Below are positions 49,544-58,036 of a stretch of DNA of 64,000 bases, one piece after another (position 1 is the first letter of the stretch; each line of letters begins with the position of its first letter). The notes under the pieces are model-generated. The model worked only from the letters and a program-made list of their open reading frames with translations, was not told the DNA's origin and did not search any database. The translations under genes and the position numbers were made by a program. Source of the DNA: Candidatus Latescibacterota bacterium (GTDB lineage: Bacteria; Latescibacterota; UBA2968; UBA8231); contig OY730476.1 in the NCBI GenBank assembly GCA_963422735.1, forward strand, positions 1,216,001 to 1,280,000. The letters run 5' to 3'.

Positions 49544-52501
49544 TTAGAAGGGGGATATCAGCTCTACGAAGAGAATGCCTTGCTTGGAGTCGGGCCGCCC
49601 TGCATGGCTAAAGTCCCGCCGCGTACGCTGGTAGCCGAAGAATATCGAATTGTCGCGGATGCCAAAGTAGTCTGCGGTGATGCTCAGCATGGCCAGATAA
49701 TCGGTCTGGCTGTACGTCCCATCACCAAAGGCGCGATCCCAGTGCTTAAACGGCAGCAAGGGCAGCCCCTGCACGCCTAGCTGAAAGCTGGTCTTGGGCG
49801 TGAGCTTGTACTGCCCCATTACAATGGGGATGAAGTCGCTGTACGATTTCCGCGGCGTATCTTCGCTGTCAACCTGCTCAACGATCGTCCGATGCTTTAA
49901 CTTAGGCGTGACGCTGAAGGCACCCCAGCTATGGGTATAGTCGATCTTGTTGACAACGGAAAAACGCGAGCGCACATCTTGGGGCTGCAACAGCCCGCTG
50001 CCGTCTTCAAGCTCAATTTCGGCTTGGTTGTTGCGCTGCCACAGGAAGCCATTTTCAATGTTGAAGCCGCGCAAGCCCTGATAGGTGCTGTCAAAAAAGA
50101 GGAGATGCACAAAGCTGTCGCGCATCAACAGCTCGTCCGGCGTTGCCGGCCGCCAAAAGCCCGCGCGCTCGGGCGGGCCGTCCGGCTCGTTAAACCAGTT
50201 GATGACTTCGATATCGTCGATGGGCACTTGGTACACGTAGGTGTGATCCGGGGTGTCGTCTTTGACCTGCTTGGCGTCGAAGTTGATCCTCAATGCACCA
50301 ACGCCGCGCTTTTCCAACTCATAGGCGTAGCGGAAGTAAAGCCCTTCGGACTTGCCCGGGCCGGCGATCTGACGGTTGTCGTAGCGACCTATGCTGACGA
50401 ATTTACCCAAGCGCCCCAAGCGGTCGTAGCGGAGGAAGATGTGCTGGCCCTTTTGGTCGCGTGGATAGGGGTAGTCCGGCTTATCGTCGTTCTCGCGGAA
50501 GTCGGGTACGTTGTTGTTGTTGAAGTCGATGCCATAGACAAATTCGGGCGGCTCTGAATCATAGGTCAGAAAAGCCTCTTCCCAGTCGACGATGAAATTC
50601 TCGTTGCGGTCCATATCCGGGATGTTATCGACGTTCTCGTCGAGACCCGGATACACTTGGGCACTGGGAAAGCCCGGATACAGCGTACGCGGCTCGGCGG
50701 TAGCCGTATCGTTAGTGTGTTCGTCGGGGAAGCCGTCGTGATCGTCGTTGTCCTCGTGGAGGGGGAACTCCTCGGTGACCGTAGAGATTCTCTCGCCGGG
50801 AGCAGGCTGCCCATCGTAGTGGAAGGCCATGCCGCCTCGGTAGCTATCGTACCCGCCGCCGTAGTCAGGCTCCATGCGGTATATCTCGCCGCCCAGTGCT
50901 AGGCCGCCGGCTATATCCTTGACGCCCTTGACCCACCACGCAAAGGCGCGCTCGCTGCTGCGCTCGCCCTCGTTATCGCCGACCGGGAACATAAAATTCT
51001 GCAGGTTGTGCGCCACTTCGCCGCTGATATCTAGCCCTACCAAATCGACCTGATAGTTGACCGAGGCCAAACTCTGCCCGGTGGGAATGCCGTAATCAAA
51101 GGAGACCATCCGCCGATTTGCACCGCTGCGGTCGCTGCCATCGGCGCGGACAACGGTGTAGTAGATCTCCTCGTCTTCGTCTGTGTACCACTTGAACGGA
51201 CGCCGGATGGCCCGCTCGTTACCTTTAGTGATGGGGGCTGGCCAAGCTGCTTCGGTGATCGTCGCGTCGCCCCGACGACTGATATTGAAGAAGTCGTGGG
51301 TCTGGCTGACGCCGACCCGGTAGTCGCCGGCCACATCGGCGACAAAGCGCACCGAGCGCACCGTCGCGTCCGGCGGGAGGACGAAGGTGTACACCACCGG
51401 CACCTTGCCCTCGGCCTCGCGCCCGCCACCGGCGCGGACGGCACCGCCCTCGGGCGGCCCGGCTTCTAGCAGCGGGTCGTAGTCTGGGTCGTCGTCGAGG
51501 CTGGTCAGGCGCACCGGCTCTGTGTTGCGCTCGCCCTCGATGACGATGTCCACGCCATAAACAATGGCATTGGCCCGGGCGTCGTCGGGCGAGTCGTCGG
51601 CCACGAAGACGCGGATGGTCTTGGGGCCGAGCATCTCATAGGGCAAATCGCCGCGCCAAGCGCTGGTGCGCGACAGGGCCGGCGAGGCCATAATCTGGTT
51701 GATTAGCGTCCCGCCAACGCTGGCGAAGCGACCTACTTCGTGCTGATAGTGGCCGCCAAAGAGCAGCACTGGTGAGTTGTCCCAAGCGTCGTCGCCTTCT
51801 TGGCCAAACGCCCATTTGGAGAATAGCTGGGCACCGGAGTGATCGCCGCCGCGCGAGTAGAGCAGAGTCGCCCGGTCGCGCTCCTTGTAGTTGATGTCCA
51901 TGCGCAGCACGTTCAGCTTACTGCTGGTCAGCGTGAGCGGCGTGAAAATGGTGCGCACATCCGATCTTGTGGTCAGATGGCCCACAGTAGCGGTCCAGTG
52001 CAAATCCTTGTGAGTATAGTGGCCGACCCGGAACGACCGATACTTGTGGTCGATATAGCTATACGCACTAAAATCGTTGCCACTGCGCGACTCTTCTATC
52101 GTCAGGAGCCGCTGATAGCCGCCGCCCATGTAGTTGCCCATCCGGTCCCAACCCACGTTGCGGGTACTTGGCGAGCGGCCCGACGGGGCGGCCCAAGCAA
52201 CCGTCTCGCGGTAGTAAGCAATGTACTTTTCGTCGGCGTAGTTGAGATAGGGGACGTTGACTGCGGCGTTGAGGAAAGCCCTCTCCAGCCCTCGGTCATA
52301 GCGGTCTTGGGGACCGCGCAGAAAGGGGGGGCGCTTTTTCCACGGGGGATCTTTGGGCGTACCGGGAGTAGGGTCGTAATAGGGCAGCGGACCGGCGGAT
52401 TCGGGGTGGCGCTGCGCCTCCGCCGGCGCGGACAGGGCAACGCAAACTACTGATAATATCCCCACCCAGCACTTGGACACGACACTAATAAAAAACAGCA
52501 T
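49544..52501 (-). CDS. Uncharacterised ~985-aa secreted protein, probable outer-membrane beta-barrel (paralog 2)
   Basis: Signal peptide ending 'PAEAQ'. C-terminal 'ILFVELISPF'. Its motifs are colinear with those of 42641-45559. Confidence 0.75.
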   Translation of the reverse strand: MLFFISVVSKCWVGILSVVCVALSAPAEAQRHPESAGPLPYYDPTPGTPKDPPWKKRPPFLRGPQDRYDRGLERAFLNAAVNVPYLNYADEKYIAYYRETVAWAAPSGRSPSTRNVGWDRMGNYMGGGYQRLLTIEESRSGNDFSAYSYIDHKYRSFRVGHYTHKDLHWTATVGHLTTRSDVRTIFTPLTLTSSKLNVLRMDINYKERDRATLLYSRGGDHSGAQLFSKWAFGQEGDDAWDNSPVLLFGGHYQHEVGRFASVGGTLINQIMASPALSRTSAWRGDLPYEMLGPKTIRVFVADDSPDDARANAIVYGVDIVIEGERNTEPVRLTSLDDDPDYDPLLEAGPPEGGAVRAGGGREAEGKVPVVYTFVLPPDATVRSVRFVADVAGDYRVGVSQTHDFFNISRRGDATITEAAWPAPITKGNERAIRRPFKWYTDEDEEIYYTVVRADGSDRSGANRRMVSFDYGIPTGQSLASVNYQVDLVGLDISGEVAHNLQNFMFPVGDNEGERSSERAFAWWVKGVKDIAGGLALGGEIYRMEPDYGGGYDSYRGGMAFHYDGQPAPGERISTVTEEFPLHEDNDDHDGFPDEHTNDTATAEPRTLYPGFPSAQVYPGLDENVDNIPDMDRNENFIVDWEEAFLTYDSEPPEFVYGIDFNNNNVPDFRENDDKPDYPYPRDQKGQHIFLRYDRLGRLGKFVSIGRYDNRQIAGPGKSEGLYFRYAYELEKRGVGALRINFDAKQVKDDTPDHTYVYQVPIDDIEVINWFNEPDGPPERAGFWRPATPDELLMRDSFVHLLFFDSTYQGLRGFNIENGFLWQRNNQAEIELEDGSGLLQPQDVRSRFSVVNKIDYTHSWGAFSVTPKLKHRTIVEQVDSEDTPRKSYSDFIPIVMGQYKLTPKTSFQLGVQGLPLLPFKHWDRAFGDGTYSQTDYLAMLSITADYFGIRDNSIFFGYQRTRRDFSHAGRPDSKQGILFVELISPF

Positions 52502-52555
52502 GAAGACCCCTCGTGGCTCACCTTAGTATGAGCTAACTGAAAATCAACGGGCGAA

Positions 52556-52585
52556 AACATATGTTTGCCAAAGCTCGCGGGTCAA
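52556..52585 (-). promoter_or_regulatory. Possible weaker promoter for the downstream operon
   Basis: Minus-strand TTGACC, an 18-bp spacer and TATGTT, immediately after the terminator U-tract. Confidence 0.3.
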
Positions 52586-52586
52586 G

Positions 52587-52624
52587 AAAAAAAACGGGAA
52601 GCAGGCGTCAAGACCGCTTCCCGT
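52587..52624 (-). terminator. Rho-independent terminator after the CBM9-like gene
   Basis: Minus-strand sequence ACGGGAAGC-GGTCTTGACGCCT-GCTTCCCGT followed by a T run. Confidence 0.85.
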
Positions 52625-52653
52625 CTTTGTAAAACCTATCCAAAGTGCATTGA

Positions 52654-53610
52654 CTACTGGACGAAGGTCTCCTTTACTCGGCCCCAAGAATCTTCTTCGA
52701 CCGCGGTCCCTGTCGGGCCAGCCGGCGTATCCACAAAGACCCAGTTGGCAAACTCGGACATGTTGCCGCCCGCCCATGCCACGCACTGAATCTGGCCGCC
52801 ATAACCATCTTCGCCGTCGGAATCAACCGCCAGCCAAGTAAAGCCCATCTCAGAGCCAGCTGTGGGGGCTTCAAAGAGGTTACCGTTGCGCAGGAAGGTA
52901 TCCCATGGCAGCATGCCTTCAATCACGTAGTCGGCGTCGCCAGCGTCGCCAAATTCGTCGCCAGCGTCGCGGAAGCCGTATTCAAACCCCTCAAGCGCGT
53001 CGGGGTCGTGGACATCCACGCGCTGATTATCCACGGTGGTGATTAAACAGACAGACAGCTCGTTCGAGCCAAAGGGCAGGGCCATGAAGTTGACCACGTT
53101 CAGATTGACGTAGCTAGCCGGGGCCGGGTCGCCGCACGCGCAATCCTCGTTGTTCAGGTCGAGGTAGAGAGACATGCTGTCGCGCTCCCACCAAGCCCGG
53201 GCCTCACCGCCGCCCTCGGTGTCGCGGACATTATCGCTAACCTCGGTGATGTAGTACAGGGCATCGTCGTCCCAAGCCTGCAAGATCACCGAAGAAAAAT
53301 CGGCGTCCGTGCGCCCCTCGCCGGCTACTTCGGTCTCGCCGTTTTCATTGAGCTGGTTGGTACTGACTTCGCTGGACTCCTGCTCAATACTGCGCCAACC
53401 ATACTCTTGACCATCGAGCTGAATCTGGCTCGGCGAGCAGGGAAATTCTAGCGCACCAGCCCACTCGTCGGCAACTGTTGCGCGGTCGCCGTCGAGCGTG
53501 GGGGCTTGGGTGAACTTGGGCAAGTCGAAGTAGCGCACTGGCGGCTGGGCACTGGCCAGCGTAGTAAAGCAAAGGGCCGCGATAGCGGCCAAAAGAGCCA
53601 ACTTCTTCAT
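52654..53610 (-). CDS. Secreted acidic CBM9/DOMON-like sugar-binding protein with a C-terminal 'TAVEEDSWGRVK' tail
   Basis: Signal peptide ending 'ASAQ'. 'APTLDG...EW', 'AWDDDALYY...VSD', 'DSMSLYLD' and 'YVIEGMLPW'. RBS AAGGAG. Confidence 0.78.
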   Translation of the reverse strand: MKKLALLAAIAALCFTTLASAQPPVRYFDLPKFTQAPTLDGDRATVADEWAGALEFPCSPSQIQLDGQEYGWRSIEQESSEVSTNQLNENGETEVAGEGRTDADFSSVILQAWDDDALYYITEVSDNVRDTEGGGEARAWWERDSMSLYLDLNNEDCACGDPAPASYVNLNVVNFMALPFGSNELSVCLITTVDNQRVDVHDPDALEGFEYGFRDAGDEFGDAGDADYVIEGMLPWDTFLRNGNLFEAPTAGSEMGFTWLAVDSDGEDGYGGQIQCVAWAGGNMSEFANWVFVDTPAGPTGTAVEEDSWGRVKETFVQ

Positions 53611-53661
53611 TATTGCATCTCCTTAGCTGTAAGAGAAGTGGACGAAAAATTTGAACGGTTC

Positions 53662-53690
53662 ATAATATACCCCTGCCAAAGGGTTGTCAA
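53662..53690 (-). promoter_or_regulatory. Near-consensus sigma70 promoter of the CBM9-like gene
   Basis: Minus-strand TTGACA (53690-53685), a 17-bp spacer and TATTAT (53667-53662), in an AT-rich divergent region. Confidence 0.72.
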
Positions 53691-53793
53691 GAAAAAAGTT
53701 GCTCTACGAGACCATCCAAATTATATCATAAATATAGAGCATGATACATAATGATACCTAGATTTCCACTGCGATCGCACATGATTTAATCCC

Positions 53794-54822
53794 GTGAAGT
53801 ATCTCTTCCTCATTGGATTGGCCCTCGTACTAGGAGGCCAACCGGCCAACGCCCAGCCGCACATCTACACTGTCGGCCTAGTCTTTATCGATCTCGTTGA
53901 TCAAGATATCCTACCCGTCCATCTCGCCGAACAACATCCCCTCCTGATGCGTGAAATCGAACGAGCGATCAGAGACCTCTTTGCCGGCCTAGGCCGCTTT
54001 CGCACCGTGCGTTTGCCAAGCGTCGGAGAGGCCCGCGATCCCATTTATCAGGGAGGGAAATCCGTCGATTTCATCGCTCACATTATTCTCAACAAAGCCT
54101 ATAAAACATACCACAACAAGGTCATTCACTACGAGGATTTAAGCCTATTCGACGACGGCAGGCCGAGCGAAGACCGTTCCTATGAAGTGATTTCACTGCC
54201 CGCCTTCGTCGGCCAACTCGAAATCAAGCTAGTGGATCCGAGCCGGGGAAAGACCTTCTGGTCGGACTTGCGCGACTCCTCGGCCACTATACCTTATGAC
54301 AAACAGCTATACCTTTATAATACTTGGAAGTATCCGGGCGCGTCACATCCTAATTTGACGCGCGCTTTTTTAGCCGATCTTCTCCGTTTGCAAATGGCCA
54401 ATCCCGCCACAGAACGCGCATTGAACGTCGCCGAGCGCTGGTTCGTCTCTAAGCCCAGTAGCGACCTCGCCGTTGCCCGAGGACTGTTAAAGGAGCTAGC
54501 GGACAATCTAGCACCCGATATAGACGCAAATTTGCCGATAGAGGGCCGCGTCACAGCCCTATTGCCCGAGCAGAAAGGCAAACCTCACGTCCAGCTAAAC
54601 ATCGGTGCCCGGCATGGGCTGACGGCGCGAATGCGGTTCGATGTGTGGCGACCTAGGCCCTCGCAGCAGAAAGTGGGACAAATAGAGATCGTTGACGTGG
54701 ATTCCACCACGGCCATTGCTCGGCTGCGGAAACTTGACAAAAAGATCAAAAAACGCGGAGATGGCCTACATCTCCAAGACCGGGTCATTTCTCCCAAACG
54801 CCCTTTGAGGAGATCATTGTGA
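53794..54822 (+). CDS. Secreted hypothetical protein with a FlgT-C-like terminal domain
   Basis: Signal peptide ending 'PANAQ'. C-terminal 'VQLNIGARHGL...FDV...VGQIEIVDV..TTAIARL...DRV'. Confidence 0.7.
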   Translation: MKYLFLIGLALVLGGQPANAQPHIYTVGLVFIDLVDQDILPVHLAEQHPLLMREIERAIRDLFAGLGRFRTVRLPSVGEARDPIYQGGKSVDFIAHIILNKAYKTYHNKVIHYEDLSLFDDGRPSEDRSYEVISLPAFVGQLEIKLVDPSRGKTFWSDLRDSSATIPYDKQLYLYNTWKYPGASHPNLTRAFLADLLRLQMANPATERALNVAERWFVSKPSSDLAVARGLLKELADNLAPDIDANLPIEGRVTALLPEQKGKPHVQLNIGARHGLTARMRFDVWRPRPSQQKVGQIEIVDVDSTTAIARLRKLDKKIKKRGDGLHLQDRVISPKRPLRRSL

Positions 54823-55064
54823 CCAAACCTGTAACGCAAGCCCAAGACCACGACCGCCGCATTGGACGGCTGGAAGGCATCGCCGAACAACTGGATCGCC
54901 GCTTGGACGCTATCGAGCGCACTATGAGCGAGAATTTTCGCGCTGTCCAAGCCCGTCTCGACGGTATCGAGCAGCGGCAGGCCGCCGCGTTTCTCTGGCT
55001 AGTCGGCATCCAGCTTACGACGCTGATAGCACTGGGCACACTGATTTTGAGCATCAAGCCATAG
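54819..55064 (+). CDS. Small coiled-coil protein with a C-terminal TM helix
   Basis: GTGA overlap with the upstream gene and RBS GAGGAG. Heptads 'RIGRLEG..EQLDRRLDAIE' are followed by a hydrophobic tail. Confidence 0.7.
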   Translation: MTKPVTQAQDHDRRIGRLEGIAEQLDRRLDAIERTMSENFRAVQARLDGIEQRQAAAFLWLVGIQLTTLIALGTLILSIKP

Positions 55065-55130
55065 CCGAACTCCAACCCCTACTAGCGGCCTTTTGCGCTG
55101 GTAGGGCTCACCACCGAGGAGAAATTCGCC

Positions 55131-56348
55131 ATGCAGATGAATAAGAAATGGGTCTCCACGCGCTTTGCCTCGCCCACTCAAGACTTCGATCTCGATACTT
55201 TGGCTCGCCGCCTGCGCCGAGGCTTTGCTCTCTGCGTGGCCTTTGCTGCGGCCATCCTGCTCATCGTCGTTGCAATCAACCCCTTTCAGGAGGCCGAGAA
55301 GAAGACACCCCGGCCCCTGACGACCAAGTTCATCAAGCGCGAGCCACGGCTGACCAAGCCGCTGGAGCTGCGCAAGATTCCCCAACCCAAGCGCCAGCTC
55401 GCACGCCGCGAAGTCCAGCTCGCGCAAGCGCGCATGGACCAAGTACAGGCCACGGCCTCGTTCAACACTCGTAGCCTAATCGCCGGCGTTAGCGGCTCGG
55501 GAATTCGCCTGTCCGGCCAGTCTGCCTTCAGCAAGACGAGCACTATGACGCTAGAGCCTAAGCTGATGGCAGCGGCAGTGACTAGCACCCGTACCTCCGA
55601 GCACAAAATCGACATGGGACTAGAGATGCTCGACGTCAACAACATGGACACTGGTCGCTACCGCGCCATGATCGTCCAAGACGCCACGGACAAGCAGGCC
55701 ATCAAGGGCTTTGTCAAGATGGCCCAAGTCATGTCCTCGCGGGCATTGGCCGGCGGTACCTCCGGCTACGGCACGGTCACGCTCCGCGTCCAAACCATTG
55801 ATCGGCTACGAGACGTACTCAACGAGTACACCGGCCTCAAGGCCGAGTTCCTCGGCTTTGTCACGTTCGACGACCCGCGCCTGATGGAAATACCTATCAT
55901 CCTGCCGCAGGGCGCACCCACCGAGGCCGAAATGGCCAATTTGGCTCAGTACCTGATGTCGGGTGGTTTTACGTTCAACGGGATATATGAACAATCACTG
56001 GAAAAGTACGGCGGCCTAATCCGCGGCAAGGACTTCTGGTCTGAGCGCCTGCCAGAGGATCACCCCGTCTATACCGCCTTCTTCGACCTAAGTGGAGGCA
56101 TGCCTTTCGGCTATAGTCCCTCGTTGAGTCAGGGTAAGTCAGGCGTCAGGCCCTGGAACTATCTGCGCGGCTATTACATCAAAGGCCGGCTGGCGAGCAT
56201 CACGCCCGGCGACGGCGGCTGGGGCTGGGAAAACGATGTGCGCGGCGGGGACTCGACTCGTCAGCTACAAATGGCGGTCAACGTCATCATCTACGCCCTG
56301 ACGCAGGAAGGGTCAATTACCCAACGCCTCATGCAGATGGTCAACTAA
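55131..56348 (+). CDS. Membrane-anchored protein with a TonB-like N-terminus and a C-terminal DUF4159-like domain
   Basis: A single TM helix and a Lys/Arg/Pro-rich linker. 'NLAQYLMSGGF', 'LPEDHPVYTAFFD' and 'QMAVNVIIYALT'. Confidence 0.72.
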   Translation: MQMNKKWVSTRFASPTQDFDLDTLARRLRRGFALCVAFAAAILLIVVAINPFQEAEKKTPRPLTTKFIKREPRLTKPLELRKIPQPKRQLARREVQLAQARMDQVQATASFNTRSLIAGVSGSGIRLSGQSAFSKTSTMTLEPKLMAAAVTSTRTSEHKIDMGLEMLDVNNMDTGRYRAMIVQDATDKQAIKGFVKMAQVMSSRALAGGTSGYGTVTLRVQTIDRLRDVLNEYTGLKAEFLGFVTFDDPRLMEIPIILPQGAPTEAEMANLAQYLMSGGFTFNGIYEQSLEKYGGLIRGKDFWSERLPEDHPVYTAFFDLSGGMPFGYSPSLSQGKSGVRPWNYLRGYYIKGRLASITPGDGGWGWENDVRGGDSTRQLQMAVNVIIYALTQEGSITQRLMQMVN

Positions 56349-56366
56349 CCTACCAAGGCAGTCGGT

Positions 56367-57184
56367 ATGGCCGAATTTGCTTCACCTCACCTTTGGGTGA
56401 GACTACCATTTCCAAACACCTGATTCAAACCCACCCCGCCGACGTCGAGGTCTTAGAAGTCATTGACACCGAGCAACCCACTGTCGAAGCGCACCGCACT
56501 GATAGCCTGATCCGCGTACGCCTCGGCGACGAGGAGGCATTGGTCCATTGCAAATTTCAAACCACCGACAGTACACCGCCGATGCCGCAGCGGATGGCGG
56601 GCTATATCGGGCGTGGCGTTGAGCAGCACGGCCGACCGATCTACCTGCGCCCCGCGGCAGGGCAGGCCGATCCGGGACATTATGTCCAAGAGAGGCTCGG
56701 ACAAGGTGATTCGGCTGATCGAGCTTGACGGACTAGGCATCTTGGAGGGAGGCCCTTTGGGGTTGATTCCGTTTGCGCCGCTGATGAAGCCACCGGAAGG
56801 GATGGGTTCGGCGGCGTGGTTGCGTCAGGGTATTCACGCCGCTCATGTACTGCCGCAGGATCGTTCTATAATAAGGCCGATTTTCTCGCTGGTCTGACGC
56901 TGTTGAGCGGGTCGATTTACGAGTCAGAAACCATTAGGGATCTTGGTTTGAAGGAGGGTATCATGGATCTCGTGCGCGAATCATCCTTTGCTCAACACCT
57001 TACCCAACAAGGCATTCAAGAAAGCATCCAAGAAGTGTTGGTACCTCGCTTTGATGCGGCGCGGCAGTTGGCCGGCCGGATTGGGGCCATTGACGAGGTG
57101 CCCCGGCTCAAGCAATTGCATCGGGCGGCCATACAGGTACCCAGCCTCGAAGCCTTTAGGCACCTGTTAGACCTAGCCGAGTAG
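56367..57184 (+). pseudogene. Rpn-family (recombination-promoting nuclease/transposase-like) pseudogene
   Basis: Three frames carry 'HRTDSLIRV...VHCKFQT...MPQRMAGY', 'VIRLIELDG...LIPFAPLM' and 'DLVRESSFAQ...QLHRAAIQVPSLEAF'. Confidence 0.75.
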
Positions 57185-57216
57185 GGTCGCCGCGTAACAT
57201 CACTATATAGCTGCCC

Positions 57217-58035
57217 ATGTCCAAGCTCGCCCTAGCAAGCCTCTGCGTCGGCCTATTGAGCTGCGCCGCACAACAGGCTGAGTACTACATCGACCAACTC
57301 GCCGATTCGCGGCGTCAAGTTCGCCTCGACGCCAGCCACGCCTTAGTGCAATTAGGCAGCGCGGCTGTCGAGCCTTTGATGGACCGCGCTACCGCCGGCA
57401 GCGATAGCTTGCGCTACATCGCCGCCCAAGTCCTCGGCCAAATCGGCGATCGGCGCACCATCCCCTTCCTCAAATCGCTCCTCCGCGACGATAATCGCTA
57501 TATCCGCGAACAGGCCGTCCGCGCTCTCGGCCAACTCGACGACCCCCGCCTCCACGCGACCCTAGCTAACATCCTCTCCAGCGACTCGGTCCCAGATGTG
57601 CGCGGCGCGGCAGCTTGGAGTTTGGGCAACCTCCGCGACACCACGGCGGTGCCCTCTTTGGTGGGTGCCTTGGCGGATACCGTTCCCTCGGTGCGCCGGC
57701 AGGCTCTCGCCGCGCTTCAGTTTCTGTGGACCCAAGCGGCTGAAGCGGCGGCCCTCGCCGCGCTCCGCGACCGCGACGACAACATGCGCTACATCGCCGC
57801 ACAACTATTGGGGCACCATAGGACGCACCGCGCCCTCGACGCACTATGCCTCGCCTTGACCGACGACAATATCTGGGTCCGCACGGAGAGCGCACACACC
57901 CTCGGCCGCATCGGCGACACAACGGCTGTGGGTCCGCTAGAGCGCATGTTCGCCGAGCGCGAAGGCCCCGACCACGAGGCGGCAAAAGAGGCATTGCAAC
58001 AGCTTACGGGCCTGAACTACGCAGGCGCCCCCTGA
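57217..58035 (+). CDS. HEAT/PBS-lyase repeat lipoprotein
   Basis: Lipobox 'GLLSC'. Repeats such as 'VRGAAAWSLGNL.D..AVP.L..AL.D'. Confidence 0.88.
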   Translation: MSKLALASLCVGLLSCAAQQAEYYIDQLADSRRQVRLDASHALVQLGSAAVEPLMDRATAGSDSLRYIAAQVLGQIGDRRTIPFLKSLLRDDNRYIREQAVRALGQLDDPRLHATLANILSSDSVPDVRGAAAWSLGNLRDTTAVPSLVGALADTVPSVRRQALAALQFLWTQAAEAAALAALRDRDDNMRYIAAQLLGHHRTHRALDALCLALTDDNIWVRTESAHTLGRIGDTTAVGPLERMFAEREGPDHEAAKEALQQLTGLNYAGAP

Positions 58036-58036
58036 T

